Source of the DNA: Amoebidium appalachense
Lineage: Eukaryota > Protista > Ichthyosporea
Assembly (NCBI GenBank): GCA_963693365.1
Contig: CAVNZM010000012.1
Location: forward strand, 310,001-374,000
Direction: 5' to 3'
Length of the DNA stretch: 64,000 nucleotides
Notes under the pieces: model-generated
Databases searched by the model: none
What the model saw: the letters and a program-made list of their open reading frames with translations, nothing else
Told to the model about the DNA's origin: nothing
In this document: piece after piece, positions 33,951 through 47,082 of the stretch
How the letters are laid out: each line of letters opens with the position of its first letter
Position numbering within the stretch: position 1 is the stretch's first letter
Program-made: the position numbers and the translations under genes

Positions 33951-34734
33951 GCCTGCGTGGCTACGTGGGTAATGCTTTGTTGTGTCGGCGTGTGTCTTGT
34001 TCGTACGGTTAGGGAGGGGACGTGTGTAAGTGTACAGGGCTGGTGGCTGGATGCTGGCAGTTTAGGGGACGGACAGGCCTGCCGTCTGCTTCTGTCTGTC
34101 TGTGGCTGCTGTCTGTGCTGTGTGCATGTGCCCTTCGACCCTTGCTAGTGTCCTTGTATTTTTTCATGCATGTGTAGGGGTGGTTTTATCTTTCTTGTTT
34201 GTGCCTAAGGGCACGGCAGTCGCCATTTGTAATATGAGGTACGTGAGTCTGGACAAGTCAGCAACGGGCTCGTTGGATTGTTTGTGTGTTGTGTTTCTTG
34301 TTGTGCTTGCATTGTTTCAGGGCACCAACCAGGCATTGTGGTTGTGTGTTTGTGTCAATTTAATAGCGTCGCTCTCTGGGTGTGCAAACCGTCATTCTCG
34401 AGTTATGTGTCGTCCGTTAGTCATTCATGTTGGTGTGCAGGGTAATGGTCTTTTGTGTGTGGTGTGAGGAGGGCAGTTTGGTGTGGACGTGTGTGGTGTG
34501 AGAGTGGTGGTGCATGTGTGTACGTATGGGCTTGACAGTGGGGCATGGTTGTGTGGATGTGTGTGGTGTGAGAGTGGTGGTGCATGTGTGTACGTATGGG
34601 CTGTTTGTGTTGCACAGGGCCGTGGTGTTGTGGGTGGTGGGTACCTCGGGCAACTTTGGTCTGGGGGTGCTGATGTGGTCTGGGGGGTGCAGAAGGCAAT
34701 GGAGGATGACAGTGATGATGGCGGCGACCACTGA
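28258..34734 (+). CDS. PSMA3: 20S proteasome subunit alpha type-3 (alpha7), 8 exons
   Basis: Exons 28258-28278, 29345-29428, 30437-30560, 31246-31347, 32002-32145, 32970-33082, 33698-33830, 34693-34734. Sequence MSSIGTG|[57 protein letters not shown] and an acidic tail. One extra C in the run at 29370-29375. Confidence 0.96.
32673..32925. repeat. 34-bp minisatellite, ~7 copies, in PSMA3 intron 5
   Basis: Unit GGCATATAGGCACATGCAGTTGGATATATCAATA with substitutions; it ends ~45 nt before the acceptor at 32969. Confidence 0.9.
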
Positions 34735-34799
34735 GTGTGACCGGCAACCAATAAAAATGCTCGAATCGTTTATCTCGCAGCCAATGCCATCGCTCCCCT

Positions 34800-34839
<40 letters not shown>

Positions 34840-35915
34840 TTCTCGCCTCCCTCCCGTGTGTCATGCACACACAACAGAAATTGTGGGACAACCAACACGT
34901 CAAAATTTTTCCACTCGATCGTGATCACGCACACACGCAGCACACAGAACACTTGGGCACATTGGGCACATTAAGGGTTGCATGACATTGTGTCCTTGTG
35001 TGCGGCTTGCATTGCACAGTCCCCTGTAGGGCCTACTCCAGTCCCAGCTGCCTGCACCTCTATGGACACAGTTGTGGCACTCAGTGCACCCTCAATCTGG
35101 ATTATACATGCTGCCACCACTATTGAGTGATCATGCACCAGGTGACCTGGGCATGATCACGCGTGTAACTTCGACGCAGGGCGTGTGCGGTGCACATGGT
35201 GGTGCACACGCTGCACACGGCCATGTAAGTATGTGTACACGGTCCGATTGTGAGCTCGAGGAGCACGTGGTCACGTCTAAGAACCTGCACGTGAACGCAT
35301 GTGACGGGACACGTGTGGACTATGCGTAATTAGCTGCAGGCAGGTATGCGCGTGCGCTAGCAGCAGGGCACGGTGGATATAAATATACATGTGTGTGCGC
35401 CAGGCCGGCGCCATGCCCACGGTCCTCAGTGGACCACCGCATGATCATGCTGTGCCATAGCACCCCAGAACTTCAGCTGGTCTCCGATCATTGCCATGCA
35501 TGAAGTGTGCACACCGCCGCCGATAGATACAAGGCCGTGCATGCGAATATCGCATATGCATGAGTGCAAATGCCTTGCATGCAACCGACGCCCACAATGT
35601 ATAAAATGACAAAGTGGTATATGTGCTCAGGCCAGGCGCCAGCACAAGGCCTGTGATTATGCATACCTACGTAGATGCAACGTAGTGAGTGGCACATCGA
35701 ACAGAATGCACGAGCCGTAGCAGCTCACAAGATTACTTTTATTTCCGCAGTAAAAAACAAAGAGTCAAAATTTGTGGTGCCACGCAGTGTGCCCAGCACA
35801 CCACACACCATCATGGCTACAATAGTCGTTAACAATATAAACCATCACTCTCTACACACCACCAGACACCCACATGCCTGCATGGTTTAATACCTGCCCC
35901 ATAACCTAACACCAC

Positions 35916-37015
35916 CTAATCCTCCAGGTTTCTGAACTTGGTCTGCAGGGTCTCAGCAAGCTTCTTGTAGTGTGCCGTCACCTTCCCCTCTCCGTCCGAT
36001 GGCTCCTGTGAACACAGCACGTGTCAGTGTACACCCACGTGCATAACACGTGACGAATGACCTCACCGGCATACACCCACACATCTACCCCCCCCCCCCC
36101 CCCCCCAAACACACACACACATACCTACCTCTCCTACCACGATCCCAACACCCACCCACACCCACACCCACATATACCCAACCCCACCCAGCCACCCACC
36201 CACAACCACACCACTAACACCCAAACACCCACCCACCCACACACATCCCACCCCCACACACCTGGAACTTCATGGAGCTGAGAGCATAGAGCTCATCATT
36301 CAGCTGGTCCCTAATCACAGCCCACGTAAGCTTGTTCTCGCTCTGTGCTGTGCTCTCCACGGCCCTGCGAGCCAGGTCATAGAACAACATGAAGTTGCGC
36401 AGCATCCCCACGGTCTTGTAGAAGGGGCAGAACCGGTCGTAGCTGCTATAACCGTTCTGCTGAAGGAAATCATCCTTGAGCAACTTGGCCACTTCCAGTG
36501 TGATCTTGTCTGTCTCAGCAAGTGAGCTCTTGCCGACCAACTGCACAATTTCTGCCAAGTCCTCTTCCTCCTGTAGAATCTCCTTTGCCTTTGTGCGCAG
36601 GGCCACAAACTCGGGGTCGAAGGACTCGTAGAAGGGGTCTAGAGCCTTGTTGTACTTGGAGTAGGACAGCAGCCAGTTGACACTGGGGAAGTGCTTGCGC
36701 TGCGCAAGCTGCACACGGAAAAGAAAAAGATGTCAGATACAGCCCCTAGAACCAACCTCCGCCAAACCTTCCCCATCCCCACCCAACACACATACATTCC
36801 GTTTTCTGTTCTCTCCTCTTCCCTCCCCTCCCTCCCTCCCCTCGCTGACTCTCTGTCTCTCTCGCTGACACCCTGTTTTGTCCTCTTAGACCAGCATGCT
36901 TAGCACTCTTCTTCTACCACTTCTCCCTAAAAATTAAGCAAAAGGATAAATACGATACATACCAGAGATGCATGCGTCCGAGAAGGAAACATACCCCAGG
37001 CACATACCCAAATTA

Positions 37016-37052
<37 letters not shown>

Positions 37053-37610
37053 CCCCCCACAACACACACACACGCACACACACACGCACATGCACACGCA
37101 CACACGCACACGCACACGCACACACACACCTTCTTGTCCAGACCCCAGAAGACCTGGACAATAGCCAGGGTAGCGGTGGTGACGGGGTCCGAGAAGTCAC
37201 CGCCGGGGGGTGACACGGCAGCCACGATGCTCACACTGCCCTCACGGCCTGGACTGCCCAGGCACTGCACCTTGCCGGCACGCTCGTAGAAGGAGGCAAG
37301 GCGGGAACCAAGGTAGGCGGGGTAGCCGGAGTCTGATGATAAAAGGTATTAGTGCAGGAAACAATACACAGACATGGGTAGATGCATACGCAAATGTGCA
37401 TCACAGGGATGGGTGAAGGGCAGATGCATGGGGACACAGGAACATGTCACCCGGCCTGCACAAACAACATCCCATGGGGCATGTACACGCGTCAACTCGA
37501 GCACTACACACAAGTGGCATATGCCAGCCGACTCACAGCGACGTTTTATTTAGCAAACACATGCCTAACATCACCCTGACGGCTGCGACGTTAAACAGAC
37601 ATCTTGGCAA

Positions 37611-37689
<79 letters not shown>

Positions 37690-37745
37690 CTACACATATG
37701 TGTACGCACAAAGGACACACACCCTCGAAAAATGACAAAACACAT

Positions 37746-37778
<33 letters not shown>

Positions 37779-38110
37779 TCAACACGCACACACACACACA
37801 CACGCACACGCACACACACACACGCACACGCACACGCACACGCACACACCTGCCGGCATTTCAGCCAGACGACCGGAGATTTCACGCAGAGCCTCGGCCC
37901 AGCGGGAGGAGGAGTCAGCCATCATGGCCACGTTGAGGCCCTGGTCGCGGAAATACTCGGACAGCGTGATGCCTGGGGGGGTTAGGTGTGTTGTGAGTGA
38001 AAAGAAAACATGCATGATGGATACCACAATGAGGAGTGCAAAGAAACACTAAAAGAGTATACACGATAAGCAGAGCCCATTCTCAAGGGTCGGTCGAAGG
38101 ACGAGCACAC

Positions 38111-38152
<42 letters not shown>

Positions 38153-39222
38153 CTAAACCGTCTCACAAATACATTATTTGAGCTTCACCACCGCAAAACA
38201 ACAATGTATGCCACGTGTTCACACGCACATACCTGTGTAGATGGAGGCCTCACGTGCCGCCACGGGCATGTTTGACGTGTTGGCCACCAAAGTGGTGCGC
38301 TTCATGATGCTCTCCTCCTTGCCCCCAACGGTCATCGTCAGCTGCGTGGGGAGAACACTGTCAGCAAGTGGCACAAACATGGACCCCTGAAACAATGACC
38401 ATTGCAGCAAGCACCACCGCCTGCGCAACACAGGCAGGGGGACACAACGAATGTATACACACATGCGCTACCCCCACAGCCCGCCACATCAGGCACAACA
38501 CAGCCAAACAGCACTCATACCCCATCCCCCTTGCCAGTCCTCTTCACACCACGAATACAGGTCATAACCAGTCTTCCTTTGGGCCTAACAACACATACAA
38601 ATAAGTGCAAAAAGCCCCCTCCCCCCCCCCCAACTCCAAAGTCTACCCCTCAAGTGAGCCCAAAGAAGCATATCAGCAAGTGCAAAATCAATCCCCACCC
38701 CCCACCCCTTTCCCCCCCCCATCCCCCCCCCTCCCCACACAAACCCACACACCCATCGCGTACCTCAGGGAAGTCCTTCAAGACCTCAGCCATCTCGTTA
38801 CCACGCTCACCACAGCCCACGTAGATGATGATGTCGCTGTTGGAGTACTTGGACAGCGCCTGACTGATCACAGTCTTACCGCACCCAAAGGCACCCGGGA
38901 TGCATGTCGTACCTCCCTGCACGCACCTGCAAAACAGCAGTGTTACATACACATACACCCACCCGACACCCACGAACACAAATGCTACGTGTACAAGAAC
39001 ACATCCTAGCATGTGCTCGAAAGCAGAACATCTCACCAATTGCAATGTCATTTTCAGCACCTGCCTCTCTGCCAGAGTTCACATCCAGCACAGCTCTCAT
39101 CTTCGTCCCCACCACCGTCCGTATCCAAATGCCCCCCTTCCCCCCCCCCCCCCCCACAACCCCTTCGCCCCTCCCCTCCCCACACCCTCAACCACACACA
39201 CCCTCAACCACACACACACCCA

Positions 39223-39286
<64 letters not shown>

Positions 39287-39294
39287 CACCCACC

Positions 39295-39325
<31 letters not shown>

Positions 39326-41596
39326 TGGGAGAGAGCAGAGAGAACATAGAGAGTGGGGGGGAGGGAGAGGGAGGGAGGGAGAGATGGGAGCGGGGAAAGA
39401 GGGGCGGGGGCAAGAGAGAGAGAGACAGGTAGGCACGTACGGGAACAGGGCATCAAGCACCCGCTGGCCCGTGAACAGGGGGTAGTTGGCCACCAGCTTC
39501 TCGGCCACGGGGCGGGGGCTGCGCACGGGCCATGTGTGGTACATCGTGCACTTGGACACCTTGCCGTTGAACTCAACCTCAAGCAGTGGCTCCTGAAAAC
39601 ACACATGTGTGTTAGTTGCTCATCTATGTTTACGTGTCCCTGCAATATATTAGATTCAAACACACACATGTGTGTTAGTTGCTCATCTATGTTTACGTGT
39701 CCCTGCAATATATTAGATTCAAACACACACATGTGTGTTAGTTGCTCATCTATGTTTACGTGTCCCTGCAATATATTAGATTCAAACACACACATGTGTG
39801 TTAGTTGCTCATCTATGTTTACGTGTCCCTGCAATATATTAGATGCAAACACACACATGTGTGTTAGTTGCTCATCTATGTTTACGTGTCCCTGCAATAT
39901 ATTAGATGCAAACACACACATGTGTGTTAGTTGCTCATCTATGTTTACGTGTCCCTGCAATATATTAGATTCAAACACACACATGTGTGTTAGTTGCTCA
40001 TCTATGTTTACGTGTCCCTGCAATATATTAGATTCAAACACACACATGTGTGTTAGTTGCTCATCTCCGCACTCAATTTGCACTAGTTGCTTACACATAT
40101 GCTATCGAGCATGCCCCCATGATGCATTAGATTACAGGATTGACTTTGGGTGGATTGCAGACCTGCATCATCATTCCGGTTGAACCAAAGGGTGGTAGAA
40201 GTTGGTCTTTGGGCAGGGAAGGTAGTTTGAAAATGCACTAATGTGTACGCAGGTGTATACCGTCTGGCTGTCGGGCAAATAGCCCCAACTCCACGTTTCT
40301 CCCACGTCCCCTCCTCCTCCGACCTCCCCCCTCCACCCACCCACCCACCCACCCCAACACACACACACACACACCACCCCCCGTTCGAGTCCTGACAGAC
40401 ACATGCATAATGCATCTACACTCACACTTTGTTACATTTCCTGGTGCTGACAGGGGAAGCCACTTCCAAGACACATTGGCACTTCAAGCGGCACATAGAC
40501 GTGTGTTCTTGCACGGCTGACAAGATGCGTGTGTGTGCACATCCAAAGCATATTCATAAACACTTCCATCATTTGTAAAAGCATGCCCGGGAGAGCAGAC
40601 GCTACCGTGAGTAGTCTCACACACAATGCCAACACACAACCAGACCCCCCCCTCCCCCCCCCCCCCCCTCCTCTCTCTCTTCCTCTCTCTCTCTTCCCCC
40701 CCCCCCCCCCCCCCTCCCCACCTTCTCTCCGTACACACACGCACACATTCAAGCAGAGACACACACAACCAAGTTACGTGAGTCTCCCACCTCAATATCG
40801 TAGTCGCCAGCAGGGGCAATGAAGGTGACGGTACCGCGGACACGGGGGGGCACCATGATGCGATGGTTGACCAGAATGTTCTCCTGCACCGTGCCGAACA
40901 CATCCCCCCCCTGTCACGTGGTCCCCAACCTGTGCACGTGCACACGGTCAGATAGCTAGACAGAGTGTGTGTGTGGTGTGCAATGGCATGGTGGGTACAA
41001 ACAGGGCCGAAATTGACGAGAGGAAAAGTGGCTGGGAGAGCATGGGACCAGGCCAATGAAGGATCCACACACACACAGGCACAGGCACGCAAGATTGGTG
41101 GGTGGAATGCTAAAGAGCACGTGAAGTGGGCAGGAGCTTTCACGCTAACAAACAAACCTGCTGCTCCTATTTGGATGATTGGACACACCCACCCACCCAT
41201 CCACCCATCAATGCACTCACACCCTGCACATCCCTGACTAGAGAAGTGTACACCCACAAACGAACCATACATCCTTGTAAATCTCCCCCCCCCCCCCCCC
41301 CCCTCCCCTTTCCCCCCCACAACCACCACCACCATCACCCGAACAAAACTGTGAGCAACTGGGACCGTATCACACACAAACAGATAGTGCCTCCACTCTC
41401 TCATGAACACATGCCCACACCACAAAAATGCTCATGACACCAGCACGAAGCAAGATAGCTTATAAACTGGCTTACACTGCCACCAGATGTGCTTTACCAC
41501 CACTATTGTACATCTACCTTCTGCATGGCCTCATGCACAATCGAACCAACAACAATACTGATGCAGCTATGCACCCTTGCCCCCCCCCACCACCAC

Positions 41597-41635
<39 letters not shown>

Positions 41636-43531
41636 CACGACACTCCCAAGAGGGGTATCCATTCGGCATCCCATCTGCACCCCAGTCAGCCCCACATCAC
41701 ACACACAATCACAGAGAGCAAGAAATGGAGCACAGCCACATTCAGCTATCCACTGTGCCCATTTCCAACGCACCTTCACATTTCCGGGCACGAAGGGCCA
41801 CTTCTTAGTGCGATCCAGGGCAGGCACATCGATACCGCGGGGAATGTAGATGCTCTCCGTGGCGTGGGCAATCGACTGCAGAGTGGCGCATGTGGTTAGT
41901 GCTCCCACCACACCAGGCCCCATTACTACTAGATCTTTTCTATTCTCAATCTTCCAAAACCTCCTTCCCGGCTTGGTGCATCTCCCACATTTACGCACCC
42001 CTAATCATGCACTCAATCCTTGCAAAAGCAGACACAGACACAACACACAGACACAAAAGTACATGCACACTCATACAAACAACACACACACACACACACA
42101 CACATCTGCATGACCACACACACACACACACACCTCCAGGGGCCGCTGGATACCGTCATAGATATTGTTCATGATGCCGGGGCCCAGCTCCACGGCCAGG
42201 GGTTGTCTGCTGCGTTTGACCGGGTCTCCGACCGTCACACCGGCTAGCCCACCCCCACACATGTTAACATCACACCATAGAAGGTTCCCTTTCCCCCTTC
42301 TGCCACAAGCCTCCCAGCCCCCCCCCCCCCCCCTCCCCCCCCCCCCCCTCCCCCTCCCCCCAACACACACACCACTACCAACACCGCCCACCTCGGGGGC
42401 ATGTCCGTGGAAATCCCCCCTCCACTCCCCTCCCCCCCCCCCCCCCCCGTCCCCTACAGACACAAGCAAACACAGAGAACACAAGAAAGGAGCCAACAGG
42501 GGTATGCACACTGTATTATACAAAGCTCCCTCTCACCCCCTTCTCCCCGGAACAAAAATAAAAGCTCACACCCACATCAACTACCAAACCCCAAACATGC
42601 ACCCTGACTCAGGCCTTGCTATGCACACACACTCAATTGTATATAAAGTGCTTTGTGAAGCATCTCAAACACCTCTCCTCAAAGACACTTTGAGCAGGCC
42701 TGAGGCATAACCTGACTCCAGATAGACAGGGGTCACTTACATGTTTCCTCGTACACCTGGATAGTGGCGGTGTCGCCCTCCAAGCGAATAATCTCACCCA
42801 CCAGCTTGTGGTGGCCCACGCGCACCTATACACCCACCCTTGTTAGTCAAGTACTCCCATATCTTTAGTATCTCAGCCCAGGCAGCAAAACATATAGCAG
42901 AGACGCACAGTCATGCAGTTCAAATCGTTGCAAGGGTAACACATACCAGCTCGAACATGGCAGCACCGGTCATGTTGCTGGCAACGACGACGGGGCCAGA
43001 CACGGAGAACACATAGCCATAGTCGCTCTCCTTGGTGTCTGAGATCCTTATCTTCTTGGCATTCTCCATAGCCCCTGCCTGCAACCCCCCTGTGTCAAAA
43101 GCAGCTCACCCGCAGCTCCAGCTAACTACAGATCAACATGAACGCAACATGAAGCCTCCAAAACCAGGGCTTCTACGCTCAACAGCTTCAAAAATTCTGT
43201 TATCTTTTAACACTGACTTAGTTGGTATCTGGCACGCCCACATCCCCCTGCCTCACGGCCTTGCGCGGCTCGAACACCGACTACCTCTCGGTGCAAGTTT
43301 GGATGTGAAGGGGAAAAAAAAAAAGAAAAGAATAAAAGCAGCTATCCCACGGGCGGCCCCTGCCATAGCATGCCACAGCACGTGTCTCACTATTCGTATT
43401 TTCGGCACACAAGACAAATCCCCGTTTGATCAAAGAAGTAACTCGGTGATCAGTTGTAAACTGAGTGTGGGGGTAATCATTCAGAATCACGGCTCAAAAA
43501 AGAGCAGAAAAAAGGACTGAACCCCTACCAT
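35916..43531 (-). CDS. ATP6V1A: V-type H+-ATPase catalytic subunit A, 13 coding exons, no intein
   Basis: Exons 43531-43529 (ATG only, inferred), 43078-42947, 42825-42741, 42243-42134, 41875-41774, 40929-40791, 39592-39441, 38926-38764, 38341-38233, 37972-37850, 37332-37130, 36708-36262, 36005-35916. Motifs SVSGPVV, P-loop [46 protein letters not shown] and [12 protein letters not shown]. One extra base in the run at 40904-40911. Confidence 0.97.
39596..40066. repeat. 63-bp tandem repeat, 7 full copies plus a partial one, abutting a V-ATPase 3' splice site
   Basis: Unit ACACATGTGTGTTAGTTGCTCATCTATGTTTACGTGTCCCTGCAATATATTAGATTCAAACAC starts at 39601, 39664, 39727, 39790, 39853, 39916, 39979 and 40042. 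One variable site (GATTC/GATGC). Confidence 0.97.
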
Positions 43532-44358
43532 TTTCGAAGGATAATAACAGCCCTAGGCTGAACAAAATACTAGTAGTTTAGTCCCTTTCTTCTTCTGTTC
43601 CACTCTATTAAAAAAAAAAAAACGGCCCGACCACTCAAGGTGACTTCAACTTTTTCGTTCCAAATTTGAAGGCACCAACACATCTCCCCGCCGGCTTCGT
43701 TTTTGCTCCCGTAAAGTTCCATATATGGGCATTGGCTATCCCTCGCGCTGATTGGAGGATTCAGATCGCTTTGGTCTATTATCGGAATGCAATAGCCATT
43801 GAGATGGTCCCGAAATTCATCAGAAATCGGCTTCCCTGGTGCATTTCCGGCTACCAGCAAGTCCCAATATTGCGCCTTATGACCAGCTAGTAGAACCATA
43901 CTATGAGACTTTGTCGTACTTTTAACATGAATATGTACCTACTCAAAATATATGGTGTATCTTTGAAAGCTTCTTATATATTATATGTGTGCTCTGTTGC
44001 ATGCTTGTTGAACGTACGCGTTACGGGCCGGGCTGAAGAGCGCTCGTGCCGTCACACTGCCGTGGCTGAAATTACCCTTTGTGCAAGTTAGCGGGGGTCT
44101 ATTGAAGCCAAGATCTGCTGCTCTAAATCTGTGTCTCAGGGAGATTAGGAGACCTTGGTCTCATGGCCAGCTCTCAAACAAACGCTTTCTTTTTTTTTTT
44201 TCTTGCCAGAAAGTTTGGAGCTCGTGGGGAAAGCAGAGGTGAGAGGTAGAGTTTATCGAATCGCAAAACAAAGACTTCTCATGCGTCGAAATATACTGCG
44301 TATTTGTAGGCACAAGGCTGTGTTGTGTATATTCCCTCCACCCCAAGTTCTGTGGGCC

Positions 44359-44827
44359 TTACTGACCTCCGATATTAGCTGGCCCATTTTTCACCATAGT
44401 TTTATCCGGTCTCTTCCCCTCATCTCCGTGCCACGGCTTCTGTCAGGTTAGTTGTGGCAGGGTGCATCCCCTTTGGGGCTTTTGACTCGAACCTTATATG
44501 TGTAGATGTCAGCTACAAAAGACACGATCCAATTCGCTTGGCAGACTTGCTAAGCGTGGTACCCATGGGTACATAGGGTATGTAGGCATTCGTGCAACCG
44601 AGCATACTCACAGATCGTTGTACAAGGGGGCTCACTTACCAGCCTACCCACTATCACTGCATACGGCACACACACACACATACACACACACACACACAAA
44701 CTGCTGCACGGCTTCCTCAGGTTCATTATGGGAACTTGCGAACTGTACGACCCTGTGTGCATGCTCATAATGGTACTGTCTGTTGTGTTCTCAGCCCGTA
44801 TGTATTCAGAGCACCCCTATAGTTTGC

Positions 44828-44863
<36 letters not shown>

Positions 44864-44918
44864 ACCACCACCACCACCACCACCACCACCACCACCACCA
44901 CCACCACCACCACCACCA

Positions 44919-44961
<43 letters not shown>

Positions 44962-46445
44962 GAAGAAAGAAATGAAAAGGCACAAAAATGAGGCGAAGGA
45001 GAAGGAGAAGGAGAGAGGAGAAATGAGAAAAAATATGAAACAACATAGACAAAATAGGTTGGCGGAAGGTAGTGGAGAGAGAGGAGAGAGAAAAGGAGAG
45101 AAAGCTTTAGGCCCCGCGGGGGGGGGGGGGGGGGAGGGGGGGGGAGGGGGGGGGGGGGGGGGGGCTCGTTGGCCTTTATTACAACGACAGGAAGTGATAA
45201 GACGGTAGTTTGAGACACCACTCACATACCTGCAGCCGTTGTTTGCACCCTGGAGTAAACCAGACAAGTATGTTAGTTGTGCCATGGCCGCCTTGTGTGT
45301 TTTTCTCGATTAGGGTTTTGGGTTTTGTTGTCTCATCTTTCAGGTGGATGAAAATTCGGGGTGTTTTTTTTGGGGGGAGGGGGGGGAGGGGGGCGGAGTT
45401 ACTGTTTCACTGCTTATGGTCATTGTTTTGTTATTTTGTGATGCCTTGTGTGATGTGGACATGCACATGGGGGAGAAGGGGGAGGGGGGGGGGGGGGGGG
45501 GGGGGGTTCAAGCTTGGCCCACCTTCAACGGTTCTCATTTTTCATTTGGTCGGGCAAATAAATATACATACCTTTTCACTTTTGGGAAGGACTGCCCGTG
45601 GGGAGGGGGGGGGGGGGGGGTCCTAAAAACATAACAATGTGTATAGCTGCTATTTCATTGAGCCGCACTGTGTGCGAGGCAATAAAGTTATCTAGCTAGC
45701 CCAAACGTGACCCATGCGGCAAGTTGGATTTAAGCCCCCCCCCCCAACCCCCAACCCCCAACCCCAACCACCACCACTGCCAAAAAAAAAATAAAGAAAA
45801 TCCACCCGCCCACACACACACACACACACACACAAAGGTACCTTGGCACTAACGGTACACAAAATCCAAAAGAAGGAGGGGGGGGGGGGGACAGAGGGGA
45901 GGACCCAGGGGGAACTTGTTAGTGCAGGTGTGTGGGTGTGGTAGTGGCGGTTCCGAGGGGGAGGGGGAGGAGGGATGCATGTGCATGGAAGTGGTGATGG
46001 TGGTGGTTGTGTGCATGCGTGTGTTTAGGGGGGAGGGGGGGGAGTTTAGAGTAGAATGCGTGAAAGGAGGTGACTCCCCCAGTTGAGGGAGATGCTTTGC
46101 AGCGTATGTGCAGCGAGCTTGTGCAGCCGGTGTTAACAGTTTGTGCTTGTGTTGGGGTGGGCGGCTAAGACTGGAAAGGATTTGCCCGACATGCGCGTGC
46201 ACATATCGGAGGGCATGTTGCTGATTGCCTGGGGAGGGGGGAGGGAGGGGGATAGGATACATGTGTGTGTGTGGTGGGATAAGGGGTAGGGGTAGGGGTA
46301 GGGATGGGAGAGAGGGTGATAGTGGCGGACAGGGTGCATGTGCATGTGTGTGTGTGTGGGTGTGGGAAGGCCGAGGGGGGGGAGGGGGGGGGGGGGGGGG
46401 TGATGGTCGGGGACAGGGTGTATGGGTGTGTGTGTGTGGAAAGGT

Positions 46446-46487
<42 letters not shown>

Positions 46488-46586
46488 GAATAGCGTCAAA
46501 AAGTACGAAGTACACAAGAACAAACGGATAACACGATGCAGAATGCAAGCCATACATAAAGAGTATGCATAATAAGCAGAGCCCAT
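44359..46586 (-). CDS. Tentative multi-exon gene or decaying gene of unknown function (~140 aa recoverable)
   Basis: Candidate exons 46586-46556, 46228-46079, 45249-45230, 44775-~44694, 44656-44640, 44549-44493, 44439-~44359 join without internal stops. One donor reads GGGAGT instead of GTGAGT and one intron would be only ~37 nt. No recognised domain. Confidence 0.35.
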
Positions 46587-47082
46587 CCTCAGGGGGGGGG
46601 CCACGTCATCCACAGTACCCGAGTTTCGACCTATTCCCCTCGTCAACGAAACCCAACTCAGATACTGTTTCACTTGAACATGAGTAGATCACCCGTCTTG
46701 ATCAGAGACGAGCAGGGTTGCTTGGGGGGGGGGGAAGTCCGACATCAGGCACAACAGGCATATCGAAAAGGCATTTTTATTGGGTGTGTGCACGGACCAG
46801 CCACGTGCCAACTCACAATATGAGTGTCTGATGTCTGTCTACATGCCATATATCTACTTTCATGCTCTAGCCTTTACATAGCCATTGTGCAAGCAAAACG
46901 ACCCATCCATATGTAGACAGCCTTATATAGAGATTCGCTTCACTCGCTTGACTTCATATGTAGTAGGAAGACTACAATACAAACACTACAACATTGCCAA
47001 AAAACCGGAGAAATACCCGTTCAAAACAGCGTTATAACACATACACAGGACCGAAAAAAAACACGGGGAGGGAGCAGTGCGC

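Noticed and set aside
38764-38926. Possible VMA1-type intein in V-ATPase A
   Set aside because: The insertion site [12 protein letters not shown] is contiguous within one exon.
39286-40183. ORFs on both strands with a 21-aa repeat ([21 protein letters not shown])
   Set aside because: By-product of a stop-free 63-bp tandem unit in an intron; the minus-strand ORF runs out of frame into the V-ATPase exon.
27638-40911. Calling the cupin, PSMA3 and V-ATPase A genes pseudogenes because of frameshifts
   Set aside because: Each has a single +1 base in a homopolymer, with otherwise intact conserved sequence and splice sites; assembly error is more parsimonious.
43570-43899. 109-aa minus-strand ORF upstream of V-ATPase A
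   Set aside because: No recognisable domain or splice support; it overlaps the expected promoter region.
45735-45770. (CCCCAA)n telomere-like repeat
   Set aside because: Only about four irregular copies within generally C-rich intron-like sequence.
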